A DNA stretch of 27,929 nucleotides from IMG/VR virus record IMGVR_UViG_3300044267_000302, positions 1 through 27,929 of that record; one strand, written 5' to 3'. The notes below the pieces were generated by a model. That model was not told the DNA's origin and ran no database searches. It saw nothing but the letters and a program-made list of their open reading frames with translations. The stretch is from a virus (taxonomy: Duplodnaviria > Caudoviricetes). Below are positions 6,909 through 15,975 of the stretch, in pieces. The position numbers were made by a program, and so were the translations under genes. Numbering within the stretch: the stretch's first letter is position 1; the number at the start of each line of letters is the position of its first letter.

Positions 6909-7232
6909 TTAACTAGGTTTTGGGTTAGCGTCTTTAACCGCTTTGTTGTGAATAGCAAAGCTACCTGTTGCATCTAGTTTACCTGCAATAATATCGTCAT
7001 ACAACATTCCGAGTTGATTTCCGATTGTATCGTAGGTTGTAGAACCATCAGTTGTTCTATCAGTTTTGTATTTAACAGCAGCAGCTTCAGCATCTAACGT
7101 AACTCTTGCAGCGTCTATCTTGCTTTGTTCAAGACTTATAGATTTACCATCTTTATCAAATGCTCCTGTTCCATCATCAACTCTTACGCAATCTGCATAC
7201 GCTTTAAAAATAGCATCGTGGTCTAAACTCAT
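6909..7232 (-). CDS. Putative tail fibre assembly/chaperone protein, 107 aa
   Basis: ATGA-coupled to the preceding fibre-like gene; Y-x-x-x-R...IGNQLGMLYDDI...VKDANPKP pattern. Confidence 0.6.
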   Translation of the reverse strand: MSLDHDAIFKAYADCVRVDDGTGAFDKDGKSISLEQSKIDAARVTLDAEAAAVKYKTDRTTDGSTTYDTIGNQLGMLYDDIIAGKLDATGSFAIHNKAVKDANPKPS

Positions 7233-7885
7233 GCTGCTACCTCCATAATTGTTATCGAACTTGCTAATCGAGAAGTATAACGATCATCCGTTTCACTTTG
7301 TACACGATTTATTCTTGATGTACGACCCGTAGTCGCAACATATATTTGTAATTTATAAGTTACTGGTGTACTACCATCAGCACCATGAGTATCTAAAAAT
7401 GAACCTCCATGAGCTTCTATTCCTGAATTAGCTGCTAAGTTAAAACTTGATAGTCTTATTTTACTTCCATCAGCATCGCCCAAATAAATCTGTGTTGAAT
7501 CTCTAAACACTGCTATTCCTTGTTTATATGAACCTTCTCCACCCAAATTAACATCGTAAGTTACTAAACATTTTGTGCCGCTTGCTGGAGTTAAAGTTAC
7601 AGAAAGTCCAGAAATATCAAAATAAGAATCAGCTATTGTAGCAGAACCAGTTGAATATGAAGCCGTATCTGTTTTTACAGCTTGTTTAACTTGAAGAATT
7701 TTACCGCCTTGATCTGTTGCCCATCCAAGGTTTCCAGATCCATCAGTTTTTAATAATTGGTTTGCACTACCATCGGCTACAGGAAGCTGTAATTCAACAG
7801 CAGCGTTACTTGTAGTTGTAGAAGGTGCTTTAAGGCTTACTGACCCACCACCTGATGCTGCGTTTAGTTTAATCTTTGCTGTCAT
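7229..7885 (-). CDS. Tail fibre-like protein, 218 aa
   Basis: Fibre motif LPVADGSANQLLKTDGSGNLGW followed by a GKILQV...SSITIMEV beta domain. Confidence 0.7.
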   Translation of the reverse strand: MTAKIKLNAASGGGSVSLKAPSTTTSNAAVELQLPVADGSANQLLKTDGSGNLGWATDQGGKILQVKQAVKTDTASYSTGSATIADSYFDISGLSVTLTPASGTKCLVTYDVNLGGEGSYKQGIAVFRDSTQIYLGDADGSKIRLSSFNLAANSGIEAHGGSFLDTHGADGSTPVTYKLQIYVATTGRTSRINRVQSETDDRYTSRLASSITIMEVAA

Positions 7886-8779
7886 TTATGCAGCCTCCAG
7901 TGCAGCGACTTTTGTTTCTAATACTTCAATTTTAGCAACAGCTTCCTGTAATGCAGCAGTAAGTAAAGGTACAAGTTTACTTTGATCTATTCCTTGATAA
8001 ACAGGATTGTTGTCAGCGTCAACTTCATCTTTAGTCCCACTTATAGCTTCTGGTACTGCTGTAACTTCATGTGCTAAGAATCCGTCTACTGTTGTTTTTG
8101 CATCAGCTTTAAAATTAAATCTTGATGGTTTTAATGTTTTTAATCTTGTAATCCCATCAGATATTGCAGTTACATTTTCTTTTAAACGATAGTCAGAACT
8201 TGTGTTAAAACTTGTGCTTGATCCATTTGTTCGTATAGTCCCAACAGTTCCGTTAGGATTTAAAAATTTCGCCACATCTGAGTTATCTGTGACACCGCAA
8301 CCAAGGTGCAAAATTGATCGACTGCTAGAAGTGTTCTGAAAATAAGCATGAGTTGTTCCCATAGAAGTGGTTCCTATAAGAACATCGCCACTAGAGGTGA
8401 TACGCATACGTTCTGTATCAGCAGTACCAAATTTTAAAGAAATACTATCAGCAGTATAAAACCATGCTTGACTTCCAGACATTCCAAAGTAGGCATCTTT
8501 ATCTGTATCAGTTTCATGTAATAGAATTTGTGGCTGTGTTCCTGCAACATTTATTCCTCTTGAACTTCCTCCAAAAGCACCATTATTGTAAGAAGTATTA
8601 CCGATTAATAAATTTCCATTTGAATCAAATCTGCTTCTTTCAGTTCCTCCAGTATTAAAAGCTAAAATATCAGATCCAAAATTTATTCCTGTATTACTGT
8701 CTGTTCCTGTTACTGCTGGTGCGGAAGCTGACCCATCAACCCCAGAAATACCAGTAGTGCCGTTAATAGATAAAGCCAT
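7886..8779 (-). CDS. Tail fibre protein with C-terminal intramolecular chaperone (peptidase S74) domain
   Basis: ERMRITSSGDVLIG-type fibre repeats; autocleavage motif TSSDYRLKEN (Ser-Asp at 8192-8197), GFLAHEV, and a terminal coiled coil. Confidence 0.88.
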   Translation of the reverse strand: MALSINGTTGISGVDGSASAPAVTGTDSNTGINFGSDILAFNTGGTERSRFDSNGNLLIGNTSYNNGAFGGSSRGINVAGTQPQILLHETDTDKDAYFGMSGSQAWFYTADSISLKFGTADTERMRITSSGDVLIGTTSMGTTHAYFQNTSSSRSILHLGCGVTDNSDVAKFLNPNGTVGTIRTNGSSTSFNTSSDYRLKENVTAISDGITRLKTLKPSRFNFKADAKTTVDGFLAHEVTAVPEAISGTKDEVDADNNPVYQGIDQSKLVPLLTAALQEAVAKIEVLETKVAALEAA

Positions 8780-10917
8780 TATGGAATTGTTACAACTGAA
8801 GGACTATTTATTGTTAGTGTAGCATTAATTGTTAGAGGACCTGCAACTAAAGCGTTATGATTTGAAGTTATTGTGTAATCATTATCCATTGTATTTTCGC
8901 TCTCAAAGAATATAGATTCTCCACCACCACCCTGCGCACCTGCTGTTATACCTGTTAAAGCTGAACCATCACCAGCAAATGATGTGGCAGTACAAGTACC
9001 TGTTACAGTAACTCCAGTAGAAGAGATGCTAAACCGACTTGCATCAGCAGTATTATCTCTAATATCAAATACACCACCATTTACTTTTATTAAATAATCT
9101 GGGTTTCCATCAGAATCAACAAAACTAATGTTTGGTTGTGTACCATTAATAATTAGATTATTGTTATTTAAGGTTAATCCGTTTCCAGATAAGTTACCAG
9201 ATACACTTATGTTTCCAGTTCCGTTTATATCGTTACTATTAAGGTCAAGATTACCACCTAACTGTGGTGATGTGTCATTTACTAGATCTGTAGTGACAGT
9301 ACTCCAAGATAGTTGAGCATTACCATCTGTTTTTAAGAATTGATTAGCAGATCCATCAGCTTGAGGGTATTTAAGACCATCTATTATTACATCACCTGTA
9401 CCGTTAGGAGTGATAACTATATCATTATTAGCTCCATCTTCAATCTCAATAGTACCTGAGTTCGTACCACTATTAGTACTTAATGTTAAATCACCAGTAC
9501 CTTGAGTGGTAATAGTAGTATCAGTATTATTATCTCCAACTCTTATAGTATCAGCATCTAAATTAACATCACCTGTACCGTTAGGTATGATATTAATATT
9601 AGCATTAGATGTAGAAACTATATCATTTCCATTAACATCTAAATCTCCACCTAGTTGTGGGGTAGTATCTTCAACAAGATTACTCATACCACTACCTGCT
9701 GGTACTGTAGCCCACTTAACACCTGTAGCTTCATTACTATCAGCAACTAATACATAGTTATTAGTACCAACACCAAGTGCTGTAGGATCACCAGAACCAT
9801 CACCAACCAATATTTGACCTTTTGTACCTAAGTCACTATTCATTACTGCACCAGCAGCATTTACGTTAGTTGCATCTGTAACATCAGCACTAGCTTCAAT
9901 AGCAGCTAGTTTACTTTTTTCAGTATCAGTAAAAGCATTTGTATTGGATTCTGCTTCGTATGCACTTTTTATTTCTGCACCTGTTTGATCTTGTGTTGCA
10001 CCAGATTCAATTCCATTTAATTTAGAATGGTCTGCATCAGTAAACACATTGCTATCACTAGCATTTTCTACAAGTGTTCTAATCTCAGCAGCAGTTTGAT
10101 CTGCGGTAGCACTAGCTTCAATGCCATCTAATTTACTGTGGTCTGCATCTGTAAATACATTACTATCTGTCGCATTACCAACAAGTGTTTTTATTTCTGC
10201 TGCTGTCTGATCTGCTGTTGCTCCACTTTCAATACCATCTAATTTTGTACCATCAGTTGATACATCTCTACCATCAACAGTTCCAGAAGTAACAATATTT
10301 TGACTACCAAAGTTAGGTGATATTTTAGTTCCATCTATAGCTGCACTTGCATTTATATCAGCATTAACAATAGTTCCATCATTAATCATTGTTGATGTAA
10401 CAGTTCCCGAATCACCTGTTGTAACAACTGTTCCTGTAGTATCAGGTAACGTAATTGTTCTGTCATCAGTAGGATTTGTTACAGCTAAAGTTGTTTCATT
10501 ATTGTCATCAGTACTACCTTCAAATACAAGATTACCAGTTACAGTTTGTGATCCATCTCTTTTTACATAATCATCTGCTAATTCTTGTAAACTAAATAAT
10601 AATTGATCTGTACTACTATCTAAATCTGTTTCAGTTAAAACACTACCATCTTGAAAATCTACTTTTTTTGAACCAATATCTGTGTCTCTTTGAAATTTTA
10701 TAGCTGCTGAGTTTGCTGGATTATTACCAGAAGTAAATTGAATTGTAGTAGCAGAAGCAAAAGTATAATGTGTAGTTTTAGTTTTTAAGACCCCATCAAC
10801 AGTAACATCTACTTCATCTTCATCTATATAACTAAACGATATGGAATAAGGACCAGCAGTAGAACCAGAGCTAGGTGCGGTATGTTCTGTAAAAGATGGT
10901 GCTGTGTTCGTAGCCAT
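8779..10917 (-). CDS. gp17: Tail fibre protein (T7 gp17-like N-terminal anchor), 712 aa
   Basis: N-terminal YSISFSYIDEDEVDVTVDG...IKFQRDT...VDFQDGSVLTETDLD matches the T7 tail fibre attachment domain; follows the gp16-like gene. Confidence 0.92.
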   Translation of the reverse strand: MATNTAPSFTEHTAPSSGSTAGPYSISFSYIDEDEVDVTVDGVLKTKTTHYTFASATTIQFTSGNNPANSAAIKFQRDTDIGSKKVDFQDGSVLTETDLDSSTDQLLFSLQELADDYVKRDGSQTVTGNLVFEGSTDDNNETTLAVTNPTDDRTITLPDTTGTVVTTGDSGTVTSTMINDGTIVNADINASAAIDGTKISPNFGSQNIVTSGTVDGRDVSTDGTKLDGIESGATADQTAAEIKTLVGNATDSNVFTDADHSKLDGIEASATADQTAAEIRTLVENASDSNVFTDADHSKLNGIESGATQDQTGAEIKSAYEAESNTNAFTDTEKSKLAAIEASADVTDATNVNAAGAVMNSDLGTKGQILVGDGSGDPTALGVGTNNYVLVADSNEATGVKWATVPAGSGMSNLVEDTTPQLGGDLDVNGNDIVSTSNANINIIPNGTGDVNLDADTIRVGDNNTDTTITTQGTGDLTLSTNSGTNSGTIEIEDGANNDIVITPNGTGDVIIDGLKYPQADGSANQFLKTDGNAQLSWSTVTTDLVNDTSPQLGGNLDLNSNDINGTGNISVSGNLSGNGLTLNNNNLIINGTQPNISFVDSDGNPDYLIKVNGGVFDIRDNTADASRFSISSTGVTVTGTCTATSFAGDGSALTGITAGAQGGGGESIFFESENTMDNDYTITSNHNALVAGPLTINATLTINSPSVVTIP
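9871..10245 (-). repeat. Intragenic tandem repeat, 111 bp (37 aa) x3 plus a partial fourth copy, in the tail fibre
   Basis: KLDGIESGATADQTAAEIKTLVGNATDSNVFTDADHS / KLDGIEASATADQTAAEIRTLVENASDSNVFTDADHS / KLNGIESGATQDQTGAEIKSAYEAESNTNAFTDTEKS / KLAAIEASAD; units start at 10245, 10134, 10023 and 9912. Confidence 0.9.
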
Positions 10918-10920
10918 AAT

Positions 10921-13900
10921 TTAAAATCGTTTTAGATTAAGTGTATCTAAAATGTTTTCCATTTCTTTATTATACTCGTTTTGTTGATCTACCTTTGCAT
11001 TTATTCTAGCTTCTAATTCTTTTTCTGAAAAGTTTGCTTTAAGATAACTTTCAATACCTGCATTAATATATCGTTGATTTATTTTATTTAATACTTTAAA
11101 TATTCTTTCTGATGCTATTCTTCCCTCTGTTGAACTTAATCCATACTTTTCTATTTGTTGCTTATTAGCTTCATAGTTATATTGGTCAGCACTAAAACCA
11201 TCTTCTCTTAACTCAAGCTCACCTTTAAGGTATGCTTTCATAGCATCAATATTATTATAATTTTTTCCATCATAATCTAATACAGTTGTATTAACGTATT
11301 TTTTTAAATTATTATATGCAGTTGTATCTAGTTTTATAGGTACAAATAATTTGCTACTAAAGTTAGAGTTTTTAACAAAGTTCTTTACCTTACTACCTCT
11401 AATAATATCAGGTGGTTCTGGTAGAAATTTTCCTATTAGGTAAGTGGCTTCATGTATTAAATTGTTATTGCTCTTTGAATGTTTAGCATTTGAAAATAAA
11501 TTACCTCCTCTTTTTGAAGGATATGTAACTACATCATTTGTTAAATGCTCTACTTGAAAAGGCATATCTCCACCAACACTAGATGGTACATTTGTTCTCA
11601 TTTGTTGTACTAACCCATGTAGATATTGCAAGAAACCATTTACTTGGTTATAGTTTTCATCTGATAGTCCTAATTTATCTTCTCCTGTAAGAAATCTAAA
11701 GTTTTTTATATTTCGTGTTAAATCAGAATAATCACCTGAGTATGTCTTTGTATCTAGTTTTGCAAATAACCTTATAAGTTTTTTATTTTTAACATTACCT
11801 AAACTTATTTCTTTACCAAGAATGTTTAATGCAAATTTAGTTATACCTTCTGCACCTTCTTTTCTAAGTCTTTGTGCTTCACGTTCATCTATGCCTAATA
11901 ATTGAGCAGTTATATCTGCTGGCATACGAAGTAAATCTTCTATCAAACTACTATAAGGAGTAACAGAAGATTCAAATAATCTAGCTAAGTAAGATATGTT
12001 TCTTTGTTTTTGATAACCTATAGTATCTTCTGGATCAGCATTGTTAGCACCTATTTCTGGTACAGCAGTAAGCATTGTTAGTGTTTCATCTATTTGTTGA
12101 ACATAACTTTTGTCTGTAATAACACGACCAATAAAACCTGCCCAACCAATAGTAAATTCATCATATATTCGGTCTTGTTCCTTAGTAAAAAATGGAGACA
12201 TTTCTTGAAAATCAACCCACATTTTTATGAAAGATAAAACTGGATCTGGTAAATCTTCATAAGAAACATAGTTATACATTGGTTGTCCATCTTCATCAAA
12301 TAATATTTCACCATCTTCGTCATACATTAAGTAAGCTCTAGAGTATGGCAACCAACCACTTCTTAATAAAGAAAGATATTTAACAGCACCTTCTTTTGTT
12401 TTCCAACTAGGACCACCGCCTGTCAAAAATGTTTTTGGTATTTCGTCTTCGCTATCGTATTCACTTGAACTAATAAATTCATTTGCTGGTTGATAAATTT
12501 TGTTATATGCAAGAAATCCTAAAATAGTAGCAAAGGCATTACCCATATAAATTTGACCTCTTGTAGTAGCACGAACTTGAGGATCAGGACTTCTAAGGTC
12601 TGCTGCTATCTCTGGCAAAAGAAAAGCATTAAGAGGGTTGTAATTTCTTTTACCACCAAATCTTGCAGGTGTATTCAGAATAGGAATATACCTCATTACG
12701 TCTTTAATCATATTGGTAGGTGTTCTTGTAAATTTAAAGAACGTTCTCATTGGTGGATATTGTATTGCTAAATTATTTATTTCTTCTGCAAACAAACCAA
12801 GTGGATCTGTAACATCATCACTACGACCACCTCTTATCTGTTGTGTATATGTAATTTCTTTACCAAAGTTTTTAGCTCTTTCAAATATTTTTGCAAGAAC
12901 AGGATCAGCTATAAACTCTTTTGGACCTATACCTTTCTTAAAAAATGTATCTCCTTCCAAAGGTTTTAACCTACCTAGATCTCCTTCTTGTCCTTTTAAT
13001 ATATAATCTATAACTCCATCAAGACTACCTTTTACATAATCATCTAAGTCTTGTCCTTTTAAACCTTTCTTCAAACCTTCCATAGTTGCATGATAGGCAG
13101 TAGAACCAAGAATATTTGGTGTTTGTATAAGAGCATCATTAGATGTCATTAATCTACTAGGTAGTCTTATAATTTTTCCTGTTGTGTTTATAGCTGTTCT
13201 CAAAGGAAAGAAAGAACTTTCAGATGAAATAACAAATCTTTGACCAGTTTCAACTTTAGAATTACCTACATTAATAAAATTATCTTCCATATCCCATGAT
13301 CTTTTCCATACTTTTAAAGAAAAATCAAAGTTATACATTAAAGCAAATAGATGTCTAGTAGCTGCTTCTACTCCTTCTTTTCTAATTAATCCTTTACCAC
13401 CTGCAACATCTAAAGTACCACTAAAATTTTTCATAATACTTAAAAATGTTTGTGCAATACCAGAATATAAATTTACTCTTTGAGAAGGCAGACCAGATAA
13501 AACTCCATTAATACCAACTTCGTTAATAACTCTTGAAGTCTGGTTAGCAATTTTTAAAGTCTTACCAAAAGCATCTGCGTTATACAGCTTCACCATATTT
13601 TCTATACTTCCACTTGCTTCTTTCATATCTTGTGCAACTTTTATAACTTCTGTATAATCTCCTGTTTCATGTCCTTGTTTTACTTTAGCTAATAAATTTG
13701 TTTGAAAGTCTGCACTTTGATCTAGTAACTGAGTAAGAGCAGGGGATATGTCACGATTTTGTGCTGTTAAGTTTTTCTTTTCTAAAGGACTTAGTTTCAT
13801 AACTTCAGCAGGTGTCATACCTTCTATGCCTTCTATAGGTTTAATTTTAAAAGCTTGTAAGGCTCTACCTAGTCTTGTACCTAAAGGAATCCCCATGCCT

Positions 13901-15972
13901 AGCCAATCATCTACTAATTTTTCAGCTTGTATAATTTTTTCAACTGCTTTGTCTATTGCATTTCTGCTTGTCTTAGTCTTCTTACCTGCATTTTTTTTGA
14001 TAACATCTAAAAAATTTTGAGTTGTGCTTGCAACTCTATCTGTAGCTATTTGTAAACCTTGTTGATTAATAATAACTTCTTCATCATCAGGCAATCTATC
14101 TTGTAAAAATGCTTTTTTTCTTGTGTATTCATTGAAAAACTTTCGATTTTTTTTATCTATACCTATCTTTCCTTTTTCATCCACCATCTTACTTAATCCA
14201 CCTTCTTGAGTTTCAAACTGGCTTTTGCTTTCAGCACCTTTAAAACCACCTTCTTGTTTTTTTGTTCTAACTTTTTTCGCAATAAATTCTTTTTTACCTT
14301 TTTTAAAATCTTTAATACGATCCATCTTCTGTGGATTTTGTTGTTTATTACCTATATCTAAATCATCTTCACTATCTAATTTATTTAATTTTGTTTGTAC
14401 CTTACCTGCATAATCTTTTAGTATTGGTACTTCAAGATTTAAACCTTTAGTATTGTTTACTGACGCACTAGCATTACCTGTTAGTTCTACGACTATTGAC
14501 TTTAATTTTGCGTGTACCTTATCTCCATGCAGTCTGACTTCTTTTTCTGTAAACCCTTGATCTAAAAATATCTTTAATATCTTGGCATCATTCTGTGCTT
14601 TTTTCTTTTTACCATTTCTTAATGACCAAGATAATTTATCAAAGTCAGATTTGAATTGTATAGTTGCAGATCCATAACGAGGTTTAGTTCTTTTGTAAGC
14701 TTCTGGTGCTACAAAAGTAAGCTCCTGTGTAACTTCTGTTTTAACAACTGGTGTTTCTTCTGTTTGTACTTTCTTTGTTGTTGTATCTTCTGTCTCTCCT
14801 GTCTTAACTTTTGCTACTTCTTCATCTATTTTTTGTTGTATTTTTTTAGGATCTCCACCATCTGCTTCTATCTTTTCATCTATCTTGTTTTTTACTTCTG
14901 CTAAATCATCAACTGCTTTTTTTGTAATTTCTGTATCTTCTTTTGTCCATAGTTTCTTAATGCTACTTAAATCTAAACCATCATATTTTCTATAAAGACC
15001 TTCTAATCCTTCTATTGATCCTTTTAAACCAGCACCAAAAACAGAACCAAAACCTAAACTTAAAGCATAATCTTCCCAATCTAAATCTTCTCCAAAGAGA
15101 TCACGCATAAAAGCTTCTGATGTAGATAAAGCACCACCATAAACTCCTGATCTAAATATACCTTTTAGACCTTTAAGTTCTGTACCTAAAGGAATAGTTC
15201 CTACAAGGCCAGAAGAAAAAACCTCAGGCCAACTAAATAACTCTTCATTACCTGCTAACGATTGTCCGTATCTTATTTTTTGTGCTTCTATGTTGAAGTA
15301 AGCATTTAAAGCAAACTGACTAAGACCATAAACAAGCCAACCTTTAGGACCAAATGCCAGTAAAGGAGTAAGTGCAGCATCAGCTATCAAACCTCCACCT
15401 ATTTCATAACCGATACCACTAGCCTGTTGTAAGACAGCATTATCGTTCTTGTCTGGTATTGTTATTTTATCTGTAAATTGATTATAAAAATTATTTAAAC
15501 CTTCTTGAAACTGATCGCTTTCAATAACTTCTTTACTTATTTTATTATTTTCAACGTCTGAAAAACTATAACCTGTAGTCTGTTTAAATATTTTTTCTAC
15601 ATTTATTCTTGTTTTAGGTTTACGACTTACATCTCCTTTTATAATGTACTCCGACACCCCAATATATTTAAGAAGATTATCAGTTATTTCTAGATTTGGT
15701 CCTTTTTTTTCTTCTGTTAAATCATTAAAAATATTATTAGTAAGACTAAAATCTTGAGAACTAAAATCAAAAGTTTCTTCATCAAACAAAGTATTATTTA
15801 CATAATCATTAAAATTAAAATTAGGTGTGTAGTTAGTATCTTCAAAAACATTAGTAAAAGTAGAAGAAAGATTTGTATTTAATGGCTGCTCATTTACATC
15901 TAGTGATTGGTCATTTATATTTTTTTCTTCTTCGTTGTTATTAAGAAGGTTGTTGATGTTTGAGTCTGTCAT
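10921..15972 (-). CDS. Internal virion (ejection) protein, T7 gp16-like, 1683 aa
   Basis: Largest gene, between the gp15-like gene and gp17; helical, with Gly/Ala hydrophobic segments and an FxRTPxN motif (FFKFTRTPTNM). Confidence 0.85.
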   Translation of the reverse strand: MTDSNINNLLNNNEEEKNINDQSLDVNEQPLNTNLSSTFTNVFEDTNYTPNFNFNDYVNNTLFDEETFDFSSQDFSLTNNIFNDLTEEKKGPNLEITDNLLKYIGVSEYIIKGDVSRKPKTRINVEKIFKQTTGYSFSDVENNKISKEVIESDQFQEGLNNFYNQFTDKITIPDKNDNAVLQQASGIGYEIGGGLIADAALTPLLAFGPKGWLVYGLSQFALNAYFNIEAQKIRYGQSLAGNEELFSWPEVFSSGLVGTIPLGTELKGLKGIFRSGVYGGALSTSEAFMRDLFGEDLDWEDYALSLGFGSVFGAGLKGSIEGLEGLYRKYDGLDLSSIKKLWTKEDTEITKKAVDDLAEVKNKIDEKIEADGGDPKKIQQKIDEEVAKVKTGETEDTTTKKVQTEETPVVKTEVTQELTFVAPEAYKRTKPRYGSATIQFKSDFDKLSWSLRNGKKKKAQNDAKILKIFLDQGFTEKEVRLHGDKVHAKLKSIVVELTGNASASVNNTKGLNLEVPILKDYAGKVQTKLNKLDSEDDLDIGNKQQNPQKMDRIKDFKKGKKEFIAKKVRTKKQEGGFKGAESKSQFETQEGGLSKMVDEKGKIGIDKKNRKFFNEYTRKKAFLQDRLPDDEEVIINQQGLQIATDRVASTTQNFLDVIKKNAGKKTKTSRNAIDKAVEKIIQAEKLVDDWLGMGIPLGTRLGRALQAFKIKPIEGIEGMTPAEVMKLSPLEKKNLTAQNRDISPALTQLLDQSADFQTNLLAKVKQGHETGDYTEVIKVAQDMKEASGSIENMVKLYNADAFGKTLKIANQTSRVINEVGINGVLSGLPSQRVNLYSGIAQTFLSIMKNFSGTLDVAGGKGLIRKEGVEAATRHLFALMYNFDFSLKVWKRSWDMEDNFINVGNSKVETGQRFVISSESSFFPLRTAINTTGKIIRLPSRLMTSNDALIQTPNILGSTAYHATMEGLKKGLKGQDLDDYVKGSLDGVIDYILKGQEGDLGRLKPLEGDTFFKKGIGPKEFIADPVLAKIFERAKNFGKEITYTQQIRGGRSDDVTDPLGLFAEEINNLAIQYPPMRTFFKFTRTPTNMIKDVMRYIPILNTPARFGGKRNYNPLNAFLLPEIAADLRSPDPQVRATTRGQIYMGNAFATILGFLAYNKIYQPANEFISSSEYDSEDEIPKTFLTGGGPSWKTKEGAVKYLSLLRSGWLPYSRAYLMYDEDGEILFDEDGQPMYNYVSYEDLPDPVLSFIKMWVDFQEMSPFFTKEQDRIYDEFTIGWAGFIGRVITDKSYVQQIDETLTMLTAVPEIGANNADPEDTIGYQKQRNISYLARLFESSVTPYSSLIEDLLRMPADITAQLLGIDEREAQRLRKEGAEGITKFALNILGKEISLGNVKNKKLIRLFAKLDTKTYSGDYSDLTRNIKNFRFLTGEDKLGLSDENYNQVNGFLQYLHGLVQQMRTNVPSSVGGDMPFQVEHLTNDVVTYPSKRGGNLFSNAKHSKSNNNLIHEATYLIGKFLPEPPDIIRGSKVKNFVKNSNFSSKLFVPIKLDTTAYNNLKKYVNTTVLDYDGKNYNNIDAMKAYLKGELELREDGFSADQYNYEANKQQIEKYGLSSTEGRIASERIFKVLNKINQRYINAGIESYLKANFSEKELEARINAKVDQQNEYNKEMENILDTLNLKRF

Positions 15973-15975
15973 AAT

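Noticed and set aside
9871-10245. Periodic repeats considered as a CRISPR array or DGR template/variable repeat
   Set aside because: In-frame 111-bp coding repeats with codon-level divergence and no unique spacers; no cas or reverse transcriptase gene in the window.
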